Assembly: GCA_964530455.1 (NCBI GenBank)
Contig: CAZGYO010000001.1
Span: forward strand, 1-33,478
Origin: an uncultured Victivallales bacterium
Lineage (GTDB): Bacteria > Verrucomicrobiota > Lentisphaeria > Victivallales > CAZGYO01
DNA: 33,478 nucleotides
Direction: 5' to 3'
The notes under the pieces are model-generated. The model had not been told where the DNA came from, searched no databases, and saw only the letters and a program-made list of their open reading frames with translations. The position numbers were made by a program, and so were the translations under genes. Numbering within the stretch: the stretch's first letter is position 1; each line of letters begins with the position of its first letter. Of the stretch, positions 32,299-33,478 are shown in pieces.

Positions 32299-33321
32299 CT
32301 ACTTTGTATCAACAAGGTTTTCTGCCTTATAACGTTCTCTCAATGCACCTTCAACCTTTTTCATATCCTTGTCAACAAATGCTGTTCCTGTAATACCTTT
32401 TTTCAGAAACTTCAGGGCTGATTCAATGATCTCCGCCGGCAATGCAACATAATCCACCTGCACTGCGAATTTTGCCGAATCGCCTGCATAAAATTCAACA
32501 AATTTACGTACCGAAGGCTTGCGCAGGGATTTTTTGTTAACATAAATAAACAAAGGTCTGCTCAGGGGTGCATAATTGCCGCTGATGACATTTTCAGGTT
32601 CCGGAAGAACAGCTTTGCCTGTTTTCGGATTAACCACCGGAACTGCAGTTAATTTATTTTTATTTTCAAAATAATAGGCGGCACCGAAATAACCGATGGA
32701 ATATTTGTCTCCGGCAACTCCGGTTACCAGTACATTATCGTCTTCACTGGTTGATAAAGTGCTTCTGAAACTGCCTTTTTTGCCAGCAACAACTTCTTTA
32801 AAATAGTCAAACGTCCCGGAATCGGTTCCCGGAGAATAAACTTTTATTTTCTCATTCGGCCAGGCTGGATTCAAATCACTCCACTTCGTTGCTTTGCCAC
32901 CCTCAAGATAAATTGCTTTCAAATCATCGACTGTAAGCTTATCGACCCAGTCATTGCCCTTGTTCACTACTATTGAGAGTCCGTCGAGAGCAACCGGGAT
33001 CTCGATAAACTGCACGCCGTTCTCTTTTGCCTTGGCAAACTCTTTCGGCTTTATAGGTCGTGAAGCATCCGAAATATCAGTTTCACCTTGAACAAATCGC
33101 TTAAAGCCGCCGCCTGTCCCCGATATTGCAACTGTCACATTCACATTCGGATAACTGTCACGGAAAGCCGCCGCCGCCGCTTCTGTTACCGGATATACAG
33201 TACTTGACCCGTCAACAACAACCTTTCCCTGCAATGCACTCGATTGCGCATAAGCATTAAAGACCGTCAAAATACCTGCTGCAACTGCAACCATCTGACA
33301 CCATTTACTTTTCTCTCTCAT
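32299..33321 (-). CDS. pstS: Phosphate-binding protein PstS
   Basis: Signal peptide then VDGSSTVYPVTEAAA...ISGTGGGFKRF...ISDASRPIK (PstS-family PBP). ATG at 33321 is preceded by AAGGAG. The ORF-track start at 33345 includes that SD. Confidence 0.92.
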   Translation of the reverse strand: MREKSKWCQMVAVAAGILTVFNAYAQSSALQGKVVVDGSSTVYPVTEAAAAAFRDSYPNVNVTVAISGTGGGFKRFVQGETDISDASRPIKPKEFAKAKENGVQFIEIPVALDGLSIVVNKGNDWVDKLTVDDLKAIYLEGGKATKWSDLNPAWPNEKIKVYSPGTDSGTFDYFKEVVAGKKGSFRSTLSTSEDDNVLVTGVAGDKYSIGYFGAAYYFENKNKLTAVPVVNPKTGKAVLPEPENVISGNYAPLSRPLFIYVNKKSLRKPSVRKFVEFYAGDSAKFAVQVDYVALPAEIIESALKFLKKGITGTAFVDKDMKKVEGALRERYKAENLVDTK

Positions 33322-33446
33322 TTTTCGACTCCTTTTTTTACACATTTCGAGTTTCTTTTTATATTTATACTAATCCACTTTCAAAGATATAGAATGCACT
33401 TGTCTATTACTTAGCGTCAGTTATTAATTAGTGCATATTCGAAAAG

Positions 33447-33465
33447 GTTTTGGATATTCCAAAAC
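33447..33465. promoter_or_regulatory. Palindrome gttttgga-tat-tccaaaac upstream of pstS (operator or weak bidirectional terminator)
   Basis: 8-bp perfect inverted repeat with flanking A/T runs, about 125 nt upstream of the pstS ATG. Confidence 0.2.
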
Positions 33466-33478
33466 TTTTAGAATCTGC

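Overview
Bacterial chromosomal segment with one tRNA and no rRNA, CRISPR array, transposase or integrase. I cannot assign a taxon from the sequence alone. It reads as four blocks. (1) 1-13.1 kb is housekeeping: recJ, rnc, an orphan CheY-like receiver, a UbiA prenyltransferase, TatD, a 4-gene GldA/F/G-type ABC module with a DUF4340 protein, a GT-C-like membrane protein and apgM. The first 5.4 kb carries four full copies of an unannotated 71-122 bp palindromic MITE/REP-like element. Each copy has target-site duplications and sits at a gene boundary. (2) 13.25-20.95 kb is accessory. It starts at tRNA-Gln(CUG) with a 19-bp inverted duplicate of its own T-arm, followed by an AT-rich junction and a fused DUF2064+GT2 (arsenosugar-type) glycosyltransferase. 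Next comes a tightly coupled minus-strand operon: truncated ORF6N, two diverged YhcG/DUF1016 PD-(D/E)xK nucleases, a 44-aa ORF, a Schlafen-like AlbA_2/HATPase_c_4/wHTH protein and RhuM. It ends in what looks like an hsdS 3' remnant. These are families I recall as passengers inside type I R-M loci, but hsdR and hsdM are absent, so this is my best candidate for an uncharacterised defence-type system. (3) 20.96-27.06 kb is a redox operon: a frameshifted NifS-like cysteine desulfurase, DsbD, a fatty-acid hydroxylase, a TVP38/DedA-like protein and a MerA-like flavoprotein disulfide reductase. (4) 27.16-33.35 kb holds a strikingly GC-rich nucleoside phosphorylase, then an AT-rich pstSCAB operon whose last gene is a PhoU fused to an ArsC/LMW-phosphatase domain. 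All functional calls rest on motif recognition in the supplied translations, with no database search, and the composition statements are hand counts on a few 60-nt lines.
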